Positions 35,099 through 46,400 of a stretch of DNA of 64,000 nt are shown one piece after another. The notes under the pieces were generated by a model. The model did no database searches. It was given only the letters and a program-made list of their open reading frames with translations, and had not been told where the DNA came from. Made by a program: the position numbers and the translations under genes. Positions within the stretch are counted from its first letter, which is position 1. The number at the start of each line of letters is the position of its first letter. The stretch comes from a virus: the IMG/VR virus record IMGVR_UViG_3300031963_000016, positions 32,001 to 96,000 of that record. One strand, written 5' to 3'.

Positions 35099-35491
35099 AT
35101 GGCCAGAAATACTAGAATTTTTTCAGATTTAGACTTTAATTTCACTGCTCACCCAGTGACTAAAGATGTCTCACGTAAATATGATGAAAATGCGATAAAA
35201 CAGTCTCTTAAAAATTTATTATTAACTCGAAATTTTGAAAGACCTTTCCACAGTGAGATAGGTTCTCCTATTAGAACTCTATTATTTGAATCTGTTGGAC
35301 CAATGTTTTCTGTAATGATGAAACGATCTATTATTGATGTTATTAATAATTTTGAACCTAGAGTAGAAGTTATAGATGTTTTAGTCAATGATTACTCTGA
35401 TGCGAATGCAGTTTATGTGACAATAGAATTTAAAATTATTAATACAGAAAGACCAATATCAGTAGAATTTGCACTAGAGAGAACCAGATAA
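35099..35491 (+). CDS. gp25: Baseplate wedge subunit
   Basis: FSDLD..F..HP..D..AIKQSLKNL.LT...ERPF..G...LFE..FEPRV. Confidence 0.92.
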   Translation: MARNTRIFSDLDFNFTAHPVTKDVSRKYDENAIKQSLKNLLLTRNFERPFHSEIGSPIRTLLFESVGPMFSVMMKRSIIDVINNFEPRVEVIDVLVNDYSDANAVYVTIEFKIINTERPISVEFALERTR

Positions 35492-37324
35492 ATGGCAAAT
35501 AATAAAAGAATATCAGTATCAGAGTTAGATTTTGATGCGATTAAAAGTAATTTAAAAACATTTTTAGCTGGACAATCTGAATTTCAAGATTACGATTTTG
35601 AAGGTTCAGCTATGTCAATACTCTTAGATCTACTTGCATATAATACGCACTATAATAATATCTATACAAACTTAGCAGTTAACGAGATATTTTTAGATTC
35701 AGCAAGTAAAAGAGTTAACGTAGTATCACTAGCTAAGTCTTTGGGATATACCCCTAATTCTGCTGTTTCAGCAAGAGCAATAGTTGATTTAACTATTATT
35801 TCTCCAACTACACAACCTGCAGTTGTTACTCTTCCTGCTAATCAACCATTTACTACTACTGTTGATGGTAAAACATATACATTTTATAATCGTTCTGCTC
35901 AAACTGTTTCATTAAATACACAAGGTAATTATACATTTACAGATATTGAACTCGTTGAAGGTAGTCCATTAACTTACAGATATACGGTATCTGAGGGACA
36001 AAGATTTATTATTCCAAATTCTAATGCAGATTTGAGTACTTTAGTTGTTAAAGTTCAAGAAAATTCAACTGCTGACAAATTTGATATTTACACAAGAATT
36101 GAAGATTTAGTTATTGCAACAGAAACCACTAAAATATTTTTTATTAAAGAGATTGAAGATAATCAATATGAAATTTATTTTGGTAATAATATAATTGGGA
36201 ATAGATTAGATGTTGGAAATGTAGTAACTTTAGAATATTTTGTTTCTAGTTTAAATGCACCAAATGGAGCATTTGCTTTTAATTATGGTGGTGTTTCTTT
36301 ATTAGGTAGTAACTTGTCTGTAACTACTAAAGAAATAGCTGGCGGTGGTACTGAACCAGAAGACATATCATCTATAAAATTTAATGCTCCAAGAATGTAT
36401 GCTGCTCAAAATAGAGCAGTTACTGCAGAAGATTATAGAGTATTAGTTAAAAATATTTTTCCAGACGCAGAAACTATTATGGTTTGGGGTGGCGAAGATA
36501 ATACACCAAAAATTTATGGTAAAATTTTTATTTGTATTAAACCTTCATCTACATTACAATTAACTAATACTCAAAAAGAATTTGTTGTTTCTGCACTACA
36601 AAAGAAAAATGTAGTATCGATAACACCAGAGATTGTAGACCCAGAGTATTTAAATATTAATCTAGAAACTACAGTATATTATAATGATAGATTAACTTCT
36701 AAGTCGCTGTCGCAAATACAAACATTAGTTAAAGATGCAATATTTGACTATGATGAAACAGAATTACAAAGATTTGACGGAATATTAAGATTTTCTAAAC
36801 TATCATCAATTATAGATTCTGCAGATCCTTCTATTAGTAATAATATTAGTAAACTAACTATAACTAAAACAGTTGAACCTAAATTCAATATAAATGCTCA
36901 ATACGATATAAACATTATCAATCCAATTAGTCAAGCAGGTAATAAATTGGGAGATGTGTTTAAGACAACTGGATTTTACCTCCCAACTAGCACAAATATT
37001 CATTACTTAGATGACGACGCTGCAGGAAATATAAGACTTTATTATTTGGACAATAATTTCGAAAAAGTTATAGTTAATCCAACTATTGGAACTATTAATT
37101 ATTCCGCTGGGACTCTTAATATTAAAAATTTAAATATTGCTGCATTAGCAGATTCTTTATTAGAATTTACTTTTACACCAGATTCTTACGACGTAGTTTC
37201 CGCTCTAAACCAAATTGCTCTAATAGCAAGAGAAAATTTAATTGTTAATGTTGTTGCTGATAAAACAGCTAGTGGCGATTTAGAGGCAGGATTTAATTAC
37301 AAGTTTACTTCAATTAGATCATAA
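35492..37324 (+). CDS. gp6: Baseplate wedge subunit
   Basis: ELDFD.IK.NL..F...F.DYDFEGS....LLDLLAYNTHY..AP..YAAQNRAVT.EDY. Confidence 0.95.
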   Translation: MANNKRISVSELDFDAIKSNLKTFLAGQSEFQDYDFEGSAMSILLDLLAYNTHYNNIYTNLAVNEIFLDSASKRVNVVSLAKSLGYTPNSAVSARAIVDLTIISPTTQPAVVTLPANQPFTTTVDGKTYTFYNRSAQTVSLNTQGNYTFTDIELVEGSPLTYRYTVSEGQRFIIPNSNADLSTLVVKVQENSTADKFDIYTRIEDLVIATETTKIFFIKEIEDNQYEIYFGNNIIGNRLDVGNVVTLEYFVSSLNAPNGAFAFNYGGVSLLGSNLSVTTKEIAGGGTEPEDISSIKFNAPRMYAAQNRAVTAEDYRVLVKNIFPDAETIMVWGGEDNTPKIYGKIFICIKPSSTLQLTNTQKEFVVSALQKKNVVSITPEIVDPEYLNINLETTVYYNDRLTSKSLSQIQTLVKDAIFDYDETELQRFDGILRFSKLSSIIDSADPSISNNISKLTITKTVEPKFNINAQYDINIINPISQAGNKLGDVFKTTGFYLPTSTNIHYLDDDAAGNIRLYYLDNNFEKVIVNPTIGTINYSAGTLNIKNLNIAALADSLLEFTFTPDSYDVVSALNQIALIARENLIVNVVADKTASGDLEAGFNYKFTSIRS

Positions 37325-39204
37325 TGTCTAGAACTAAATTATTTTCTGTAGTATCAAGACAAATACCTGAATTTGTAAGAGAAGATCATTCAAAATTTGT
37401 AGCATTTATTGAGGCATATTATGAATTTTTACAAAGTCAAGGTGTTACATATAATGAGATTAAAGATGTTGATCTAACTTTAGATAAATTTATTGATGAA
37501 ATTAAAAAAGAATTAGCATATAATATACCTTATATTGTTGAAGATGAAAGATTTTTTCTATCAAAAATAAAAGATCAATATCTAGCAAAAGGTAGTGAAG
37601 CATCATTTAAACTTTTATTTAAACTTTTATTCAATAAAGAGGTAGAATTAACATATCCAGGTAAACAGATGCTTCGTGCATCTGACGGAAGATGGAATCA
37701 AGAAACTTCAATTTTTGCAAAAGTTATTTTTGGTAATCCAGAAGATGTTGTTGGTAAGATAGTTGAAATTCAATCTTTTAATAAAATACTTCGAGTTCAA
37801 GTAGATAAAAAACAAGAAATAACAGGTGAAGTAGAACGTATAGTTAATGTTGGAAATAATGTATATGAATTTTTTATTGATAGAAAATTTTATGGTAGAA
37901 TATTTCCAGGAAATACATTAAAATTAGGAAATACTTTTCAAGCAACAATATTGCCAATAACATCTGTAGTAAAAGTTTCTAAACCAGGAGCAGGATTTAG
38001 AGTAGGACAAGTATTTGAAATAAGAAACACTACAGGAACTGGAACTTTAATTAAAGTTATTCGTGTAGATGAAAATGGTGGCTTAAAACATATTCAGGTT
38101 ATTAAATTTGGAGTAGGTTACTTAGCAAATTTTACTACCTCGTTGCTACCAACTAGTGCAATAACGGCTATTAGCACTACAGCTAGCACCTCATCTACGT
38201 ATAATGTTTCTGTTACTGATTTGGGTGGTGGGAATGAAAATTATTTCTCAAATATTATAGATCCAAAGGTTGTTTTAGATGAACATGGATTTATTTCTAC
38301 TGCAGATTATGTTGTAGCAGAATGGGTGGATCCTTCTTGGGCTGGCACTATTTTAAGAGAGTTTTCTACACAAGCAAAAGATGCTGCTACATCCACACAA
38401 AGTCCAGCAATTATAGAAATTTCTTTAGATGCTATAGCAAGATATCCAGGTTATTATGAGACAAATGATGGATTTTTATCAGATTCTATTTTTATTCAGG
38501 ACAGCAGATATTATCAAGCATTTTCTTATGTAACTAAAATTAGTGAAAGATTAGATAAATATAAGTCTGCAGTTAAAACAATGTTGCATCCTGCTGGAAT
38601 GGAACTTTTTGGTGAATATGAGATAACAGATTATTTCGATTTAACACTTGAAATTGAATCATTAGTTAAATCATTAGCTCTTTCATTTGAAGAATTACCA
38701 ATAGAATTTTCAGATTATAGTTATTGGCATTTTTTCAAAAATGTTACTTATAACAGTCCAGATACTGTTACAATGACAGAGCCAATCACTAATAATCATA
38801 ATAACATACAAATACCAGTTAGTAGAATAACAAGTGTTATAGGAAAGTCTTTAACAGAACCTGTAAGTATAGCAGATGACCCTGCCAAAAATATATTTAA
38901 AACATTTACTGAGACTGTTGAAATATTAGATGCTTTACTTGCAGCACAAGGGGTTATAGTTAACCCAGATGCAGCTTCTCTAACAGAGGTTGTTTCTAGA
39001 AATATTGGTAAATCATTTACTGATTCACAGTTAGTTTATGACGGATATATTATGCTTGACGCAGGCAATGCTAAATATCCAATGATTACTGATATACCAA
39101 TCTTTCAAAATGAAGAAGGTTATGTTGTACTAAATGGATACGAAGAAGGTGGATACTTTTCAGAAGTATATGCCAATGCAAGAGATGCTACTTTTAGTAG
39201 TTAA
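37324..39204 (+). CDS. Baseplate wedge protein (gp7-like)
   Basis: QIPEFVREDH.KFV.F..AYYEF..KG...SF..LF..LF..DS.YYQ.FSYV..HPAG. Confidence 0.7.
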   Translation: MSRTKLFSVVSRQIPEFVREDHSKFVAFIEAYYEFLQSQGVTYNEIKDVDLTLDKFIDEIKKELAYNIPYIVEDERFFLSKIKDQYLAKGSEASFKLLFKLLFNKEVELTYPGKQMLRASDGRWNQETSIFAKVIFGNPEDVVGKIVEIQSFNKILRVQVDKKQEITGEVERIVNVGNNVYEFFIDRKFYGRIFPGNTLKLGNTFQATILPITSVVKVSKPGAGFRVGQVFEIRNTTGTGTLIKVIRVDENGGLKHIQVIKFGVGYLANFTTSLLPTSAITAISTTASTSSTYNVSVTDLGGGNENYFSNIIDPKVVLDEHGFISTADYVVAEWVDPSWAGTILREFSTQAKDAATSTQSPAIIEISLDAIARYPGYYETNDGFLSDSIFIQDSRYYQAFSYVTKISERLDKYKSAVKTMLHPAGMELFGEYEITDYFDLTLEIESLVKSLALSFEELPIEFSDYSYWHFFKNVTYNSPDTVTMTEPITNNHNNIQIPVSRITSVIGKSLTEPVSIADDPAKNIFKTFTETVEILDALLAAQGVIVNPDAASLTEVVSRNIGKSFTDSQLVYDGYIMLDAGNAKYPMITDIPIFQNEEGYVVLNGYEEGGYFSEVYANARDATFSS

Positions 39205-39222
39205 ATAAAAAAGGAGAATTAT

Positions 39223-39681
39223 ATGGATTTACAATCTATTTCTGAAGGAATCAAAGCCACAGGCATGGTTCATATAGTAAAAACTAATGAACATGGTGTG
39301 ATTACTGATGAGCGTAATGTTAAAAACTTAGTAGTTACCACAGGAAAAAACTATATTGCTTCTAAAATGGTAGCAACAACTAACAGCCCAGTTTCTATGA
39401 CTCACATGGGTATTGGTACTGGAAATGCAACACCAGCTATTGGAGATACTGCTTTAGGTGCTCAAACTACTAGACAGGCTCTAACTGGCTCTGCTGTTGC
39501 TAGTAATTCTATCACATATACCGCTACATTCGCAGCTGGCCAAGGTGATGGTGCTATCCAGGAAGCAGGTATTTTTAATGCATCGACTGCTGGAACTATG
39601 CTTTGCCGCACAACATTTCCAGTTGTAAATAAAGGATCTGGTGATACTATTACTATCACTTGGGTTGTTACAGTAAGTTAA
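39223..39681 (+). CDS. Virion structural protein
   Basis: NLVV..G..G.G...P...D..I.EAG.F..TF.V.NK..ITW; AAGGAG SD. Confidence 0.65.
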   Translation: MDLQSISEGIKATGMVHIVKTNEHGVITDERNVKNLVVTTGKNYIASKMVATTNSPVSMTHMGIGTGNATPAIGDTALGAQTTRQALTGSAVASNSITYTATFAAGQGDGAIQEAGIFNASTAGTMLCRTTFPVVNKGSGDTITITWVVTVS

Positions 39682-39700
39682 TATTTAAAGAGGGCATAGA

Positions 39701-42700
39701 ATGCCTCATACAACAGAGCACTCTTATTTAATTAAATCTAAACTCCATAAAGCATTAGCTGAAGGGGTTTATAAAGATATAGTTAATGGGAACTCATCAT
39801 ATTACTATTTTTTAGGTAAAACTTTAAAATGGAATGTTGATGACAATCCACCATATCCAATAGACAGTTATGCATATGAACGTCTAGTTCGTTCTGACAT
39901 TATTACAATGAAAGAAATTAAATCTTCTGACGTTTCATTAGTTGTTAGAAGAATTGATTGGACTAGCGGACAAGTATATGATATGTATGATGATGAATAT
40001 TCGAATGAAATACTTGGTCTTGATTTAGTCAATGGTGGTAGTGGTTATACTTCTATACCAACTATTACTGTTACTGGTGGTGGTGGATCTGGTGCACAAT
40101 TTACAGCCATTATAGACATTGAACAAGGTAAAATAATTGGAACTGATTTAGTTTCAAAAGGAAGTGGTTATACAAGTGTTCCAACAGTAACTATTACTGG
40201 TGGGGGTGGATCTGGTGGAATATTAACTGCAGTGTTAAATACTGCTCCATCTGGATTTAATAGATTAGAAGATTGTAATTTTTATGTAATGACAGATGAC
40301 TTCAATGTTTACAAATGTCTTGATAATAATAACAATTCTCCTTCCACAAGTAAACCAACAGGAACACAAGTTGAACCATTAAAACTTATAGATGGATATA
40401 TTTGGAAATACATGTATAATGTTCCTATTGGTTTAAGAAATAAATTTTTAACTGGGGATCAAATACCAGTTATTTCTGCTCTAACCAATCAGTTTTATAA
40501 TAGTGGTGCTTTAGAAAATATTACTATTATTAGCAAGGGTTCTGGATATAAATCAGCAAACATTGTAGTTTCTGGTGATGGATTCCGAGAGTCAGATCCT
40601 TCTTTTATTCAAAGCGTTGTAGTTAGTCAGGGTGGTAGCAATTATAATGCTCCAACTGTTACGTTTTCAGATCCATTTTCTACATCGTCTCCATTCTTAT
40701 CTGGTGGACAAGTTTATCTTGGACAAAGAATTAGAAATACAAATAGAGATTTTTATGAAGTAGTCGTTCCTGGAACATTGGGTGGTGTTGAACCAACGCA
40801 TAAATTTGGAGTTGTACAAAACAATAGTATTAATGTTGGAGTCTCTTGGGAAGCAAATTTAGTCGTATCATTAAATCAAAAGATTTATGTCTCTGAAAGA
40901 CTTTATAATGTAACTGTGGCAGGAACATTAGGTGCAAGCCCACCAGTTCATACAACAGGAACAGCTGCAAATGGAACAGCGACTCTTGCATATGTTTCTG
41001 CAGTAACAAGAGGAACAGCATCATTAAAATATATTGGAACCACCGCAACAGGAACTGTTAGTAAAAATCTTTCAAATGAAATAACATCTATTAATCTTAT
41101 AGGTGCAGTTAGAGAAATAACGATCACAAATCCTGGTTCTGGATATATTTCACCACCAAATATTATTATATCTGGTGGTGGTGGCACAGGAGCCGAAGCT
41201 GTTGTTAAAATGAATAACGATTCAGTTCTTTATGCTACCGTAACAAATTCTGGCAGTGGATATACATCTGATCCATCTGTAACATTTGGAACAGCATGGA
41301 CTTCTTCTGGTAATGTTAAATTAAATGATCAAATTTATTCATCTAGTAGACTTTATACTGTAACTAGTGTTTCTCAACCTCTTCGTGTTGAAAGTGCTTA
41401 TTATACAAATAAATCTCTTGATATTAGCGCAAGAGATACTGCACCTAATGGATTATTCTTTTCACCAGATGGAACAAAACTATTTGTAGCTGGAGATACT
41501 GGAAATAATATTATTGCTTATGCATTGTCTATTGCATGGGATATTAGCACTGCTACTTTTGTTAATGAGTCTGGAACTTCTGCAGAAACAAATACTAGAG
41601 GTCTTTTCTTTAGTTCAGATGGAACAAAACTCTATGTTACTGGAACATTAAATGACAGTGTTTATCAATATAATTTAACTACTGCTTGGACTCTGCCAGC
41701 AACATTACCAACACCAACTACATTTTCTTTATCAGGACAAGATAGTGCTCCAAATGGTATTGCTTTTAATGACAATGGTACAAAAATGTATATTGTTGGA
41801 GATACTAATAATAGTGTTTATGAATACAATCTAAGTAGCGCATGGGATATCACTAGTGCTGTTTATGGGACATCGTTTAGCGTAGCTACACAAACTACTG
41901 TACCAACAGATATTAGTTTTAGTAGTGATGGAAAGCATATGTTAATTATTGATTCTGGTAGTGATGCAGTATTTCAATATAATTTAAGTACAGCTTATTC
42001 TATTGCAACAGCTAGCTACTCTAACACATTTGAATTAACTGTAGCAGAATCTCTTCCATCTGGTGTTTATTTACAACCAGGTAATAACTATCTCTATACA
42101 GTTGGTACTGGTCAAGATACTGTTTATCAATATCAAATTCCTCAAAAATCTGTATTAGGAACTACTGCGCCATCGCACCAGAGTGGTTCTGCTACCAATG
42201 GAGATGTAACATTAACATATGCTGGTGCTCCTGCTACTGGTGAAGTTATAAGAAGATATGGTGCTGGATACTCTGCTGCTCCAACAATAACAATTACAGA
42301 TACTACTGGTAGTGGTGCTGAATTCTCAGTATTAACTAACCCATCAGAAGCAATCGTATTACCAATTATAGAAAATGAACAGATCATTGGACTAGCAATA
42401 CCAGACCCAGGCATTGGGTATACTACTGCCTCTACACAAGTTATATCGAGTACTGGAAATGGAGCTCAGTTATTACCTAATTTAACTTTAGGCAATATAC
42501 AATCTCTTCAAGCCAATAATGAAATTTTGACTGTACCAGGAACTATTGATGCAATTAAAATAGTGAGTGGGGGCTATAGTTATGGTTCGGCAACTGTTTC
42601 TATTGTTGGAGATGGAACAGGAGCAACTGCAGAAGCAGTAATTGATTTAGCTACAGGCAAAGTTTCTAAGATAAATATAACAAATAGAGGACAAAATTAT

Positions 42701-43432
42701 ACATTTGCTTATGTTGTCATTTATGGTAATGGAACAGGAGCAACTGCAAGAGCGATTATTTCTCCATATGGTGGACACGGAAAAAATGCTCCAGATGAAT
42801 TATTTGCTAGAACTTTAATGTTTTATACTAATCTTTCTTCAGATTTAAATCAAGGATTATCAGTAAATAATGATTATAGACAGTTTGGTATAATTAAAAA
42901 TCCAAGATCATTTAATAGCACTAGGTTATTTGAAGGAACTATTGGTTCTGGTTGTTATATTGTTGAGGCAGATATAGATTTAAATCAATTTGAAAAAGAT
43001 ATGGATATCTATATCACTAGAGGAATTGTTTGGGCACCAAATACTGCATATACATTAGGGCAACAAATTTACACCTCTTCTAGATTATATTCAGTCACTT
43101 TAGCAGGAACCACTGGATCTACACCACCAAGTCATACACTAGGAAATGCAACAAACGGAACAGCTGTTTTACAATATATCGGATCTTCAATTAGAAGATA
43201 TAGAATTGTTACACTAACATCTACTTCTGCATTAATTCAATCATTAGATAATGACATTCCAACTATTAATGATACTTTCTTAAATTCTGATAATGAAAAT
43301 TTTAAACCTAAAACTATAGGTCTACCAACAGTGGATAAATATTCTGGACAATTAATGTACATTGATAATAAACAAGGGTTTACACCATCAGAAGACGAAA
43401 CTGTTATTCTTAGAACAGTTATTAAATTTTAA
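39701..43432 (+). CDS. gp8: Baseplate wedge subunit with inserted repeat modules and beta-propeller
   Basis: YYYFLGK..W..VRRIDW.SG.VYDMY..FYVMT.DFNVYKCL.N..DGY.WKYMY..DYRQ.GII.NP..G.LMYIDN. Confidence 0.85.
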   Translation: MPHTTEHSYLIKSKLHKALAEGVYKDIVNGNSSYYYFLGKTLKWNVDDNPPYPIDSYAYERLVRSDIITMKEIKSSDVSLVVRRIDWTSGQVYDMYDDEYSNEILGLDLVNGGSGYTSIPTITVTGGGGSGAQFTAIIDIEQGKIIGTDLVSKGSGYTSVPTVTITGGGGSGGILTAVLNTAPSGFNRLEDCNFYVMTDDFNVYKCLDNNNNSPSTSKPTGTQVEPLKLIDGYIWKYMYNVPIGLRNKFLTGDQIPVISALTNQFYNSGALENITIISKGSGYKSANIVVSGDGFRESDPSFIQSVVVSQGGSNYNAPTVTFSDPFSTSSPFLSGGQVYLGQRIRNTNRDFYEVVVPGTLGGVEPTHKFGVVQNNSINVGVSWEANLVVSLNQKIYVSERLYNVTVAGTLGASPPVHTTGTAANGTATLAYVSAVTRGTASLKYIGTTATGTVSKNLSNEITSINLIGAVREITITNPGSGYISPPNIIISGGGGTGAEAVVKMNNDSVLYATVTNSGSGYTSDPSVTFGTAWTSSGNVKLNDQIYSSSRLYTVTSVSQPLRVESAYYTNKSLDISARDTAPNGLFFSPDGTKLFVAGDTGNNIIAYALSIAWDISTATFVNESGTSAETNTRGLFFSSDGTKLYVTGTLNDSVYQYNLTTAWTLPATLPTPTTFSLSGQDSAPNGIAFNDNGTKMYIVGDTNNSVYEYNLSSAWDITSAVYGTSFSVATQTTVPTDISFSSDGKHMLIIDSGSDAVFQYNLSTAYSIATASYSNTFELTVAESLPSGVYLQPGNNYLYTVGTGQDTVYQYQIPQKSVLGTTAPSHQSGSATNGDVTLTYAGAPATGEVIRRYGAGYSAAPTITITDTTGSGAEFSVLTNPSEAIVLPIIENEQIIGLAIPDPGIGYTTASTQVISSTGNGAQLLPNLTLGNIQSLQANNEILTVPGTIDAIKIVSGGYSYGSATVSIVGDGTGATAEAVIDLATGKVSKINITNRGQNYTFAYVVIYGNGTGATARAIISPYGGHGKNAPDELFARTLMFYTNLSSDLNQGLSVNNDYRQFGIIKNPRSFNSTRLFEGTIGSGCYIVEADIDLNQFEKDMDIYITRGIVWAPNTAYTLGQQIYTSSRLYSVTLAGTTGSTPPSHTLGNATNGTAVLQYIGSSIRRYRIVTLTSTSALIQSLDNDIPTINDTFLNSDNENFKPKTIGLPTVDKYSGQLMYIDNKQGFTPSEDETVILRTVIKF

Positions 43433-43446
43433 GGGTAAAATAGAAA

Positions 43447-46400
43447 ATGGCAATTAACTTTAACACTGAACCATATAATGACGATTATTCTGCGGATAAT
43501 GATTTTTATAGAGTTCTTTTCCGTCCAGGATATGCAGTTCAGGCGAGAGAATTAACACAACTTCAAACTATTCTACAACAACAAGTTACTAGATTTGGAG
43601 ATCATGTATTTAAAAATGGTTCAGTAGTTGTTCCAGGAGCGGTAAATTACGATCATCGTGTTCATTTTATCAAATTAGAATCTACATATAATGATTTAAG
43701 CGTTCAATCATATCTAACTCAGTTTAGAAATAAAATTATTACTGGAGTTACCAGCGGAGTTAAATATCGTGTTATTGATACATCGCAGTGCGGATGCGTA
43801 GCAGAACAAATTGAAATACAAACTTTATATTGCAAATTTGAAAAAACTGCTGCAGATGGTTCAACAGCCAGATTTATTCCTGGAGAAAATATTGTAGCGT
43901 ATGAGGCAGATAATCAAACAAGTACAAATCCTCTTCTTTCTGTAAATCAGCAAGGTGATATTTACGCTACAATTAAAAGTTTAGGTGACGCTGGACAATC
44001 TCCGACAAGATATACAGAAAACGCATCATCAGACGTTATGGGATATGCTTTCCAAGTTGATGTTAAGGAAGGTATATATTACATTGATGGCTTTTTTGTT
44101 AGAAATCCAGAGCTGCACCTGTATGTAGGCAGATTTCAGAGTTATCCTTCGGCAAGAGTTGGATTTAAAGTAACTGAAAGTATTGTTACATCAGACGATG
44201 ATGAAACTTTATTAGACAATGCTCAGGGTTCTTTAAACTATGCTGCTCCTGGAGCAGATCGCTATAAAATTTCTTTAGAATTAGTAAAATTACCATTACA
44301 ATCTACAGATTCAATTCGATTTGTTGAACTGTTGCGTGTAATTGATGGTGTTGTTCAATTTAAAATTAATAAATCATCATATGCTGAATTAGAAAAAACA
44401 TTAGCACGTAGAACTCTTGATGAATCTGGTAACTACGAAGTTAACAAGTTTAGACTTTCTGTAAGAGAACATTTAAACAATGGTAGTAACTTTGGTGTAT
44501 ATCCACCAGTTCCAATTACTGGTCCAGTTACTAGCGCAAATACCATTTATGGTGATGAAGATAAATTTGCATTAGTAATCGATCCAGGTAGAGCATATAT
44601 TAGTGGATATGAAGTAGATTCAACAGCTACACAATATCTTGGGATTAACAAAGCCAGAGAAATTATAGTTAACAATGTTACAGATGAGGGTGGACATATT
44701 GTTCGCCTTGAAGACCAACCGATTGGTCTTCAAATGGGAAATTATGCATTAGTAACAAATGTTTATAATGTTCCAGGAGTAACTACATTTGACCAAGTAT
44801 ATCTTGTTAATAGATTAACAGTTACTGCAGGAAATGCTCCTGCATCAAATACTATTGTTGGTACAGCAAGAATAAAATATATTGAGTTGCATTCTTCCGA
44901 TTATAGTGGAGGAACTAGCACTGTGTATAAACTTGGATTATTTGACATTAATATGTCTCCAGGTTATTCTTTCACACATGATGTGAAACAAATAGTAGGC
45001 ACAGGAGCAACTAATAATTTCTCTTGTGATATTAGACCTAGTCTATATCAGTTACAAGGGACTGCTACTTCATCTACTGGTTCTACTACTATTACTGGTG
45101 TTGGTACAAACTTTTCTGAGGTATTAAAAGCAGGTGATGTTATCTATATTAATGGCGTATTTATTGGAAGAGTGAATACAACTCCAACTAATAATCTTTC
45201 ATTAACATTAGCTGCTAATGCTGCAGCAACAGTTGCTGGTGGAAGTATCTCGCAATTTCATGCACAAGTTTATGAACCAGAATTTGATTCACTAGTATTT
45301 CCAGTTGGTGCGCAATTTGTTAAAACTTTAAGAGGATATGACTCTGGAACAGCAACAGATAGTATTAAAAGTAGCCAAGTTACTGTTAAACGTATATTTA
45401 CAGCAGCAGCAGATGGCGCAGGACTTCTTTCTGTACAATTAACTAATCTAAAAGAATTTTTCTTACCAAATGATTTAGATAATTATACTGTATTTGACAA
45501 TGTCACAAAATTGCCAGTAAACATTAGTGCTAGCAATATTACATTTAACATAGTTGGAGATCTAACAGATGATACTCCAAGAAAAACAGTTAATATTAGT
45601 GGTTTAGTTGCAAGTAGATCATATACACTAATTGCTTCTGTTTTACAAATAGAAACTGCAGCATCTGAAAAAACTAAGACTCTCGTTACAAATTATGTTG
45701 GTGATATTATCACTACTAAAAAATCTGTGACAGCAAATATCATTGAGTTAACTAAAGCAGATGCATTGAGAATTAAGAATGTCTATATGACTCCAGGTGA
45801 TTACACTGCATTTAATGCAGGAAATCAAGTTGATATTACAGAGCGTTATACATTAGACGATGGTCAAAGATCAACACATTATACAAATGCTAAGATAATC
45901 TTGAAGCCAGGATTTCAAGTTCCTTCTGGTGCTATTAAAGTTGTTTATGACTATTTTCAAGTTTCTGGATCGGGAAATTATTTCTCCGTTGATTCATATT
46001 CAACTATTCCATATGAAGATATTCCAAGTTATTTTGTAACAGATCCAGTTACAAAAAATAAAACTGAAATATCTCTTACTAATGTATTAGATTTCCGTCC
46101 AATTATTGCTGGAACAAATACTTGGTATCCAGAGATGCCATCACGTGGTAATGATGCAAATGCTCCAATGGCATATTATGTAGGAAGACGAGATAAAATA
46201 GTTTTAGACTCTGTAGGTCGTTTTAATGTAATTGGTGGGGTTCCAGCTAGAGTTCCACAGGAACCAGAAGATCCAAAAGAAGGATTAGTTATTGCTACTC
46301 TCTTTATTCCACCATATACAAAAAATGTTAAAGATATAAAAGTATATCAACGTGACAATCGTAGATATACAATGAAAGATATTGGTAAATTAGATAGAAG

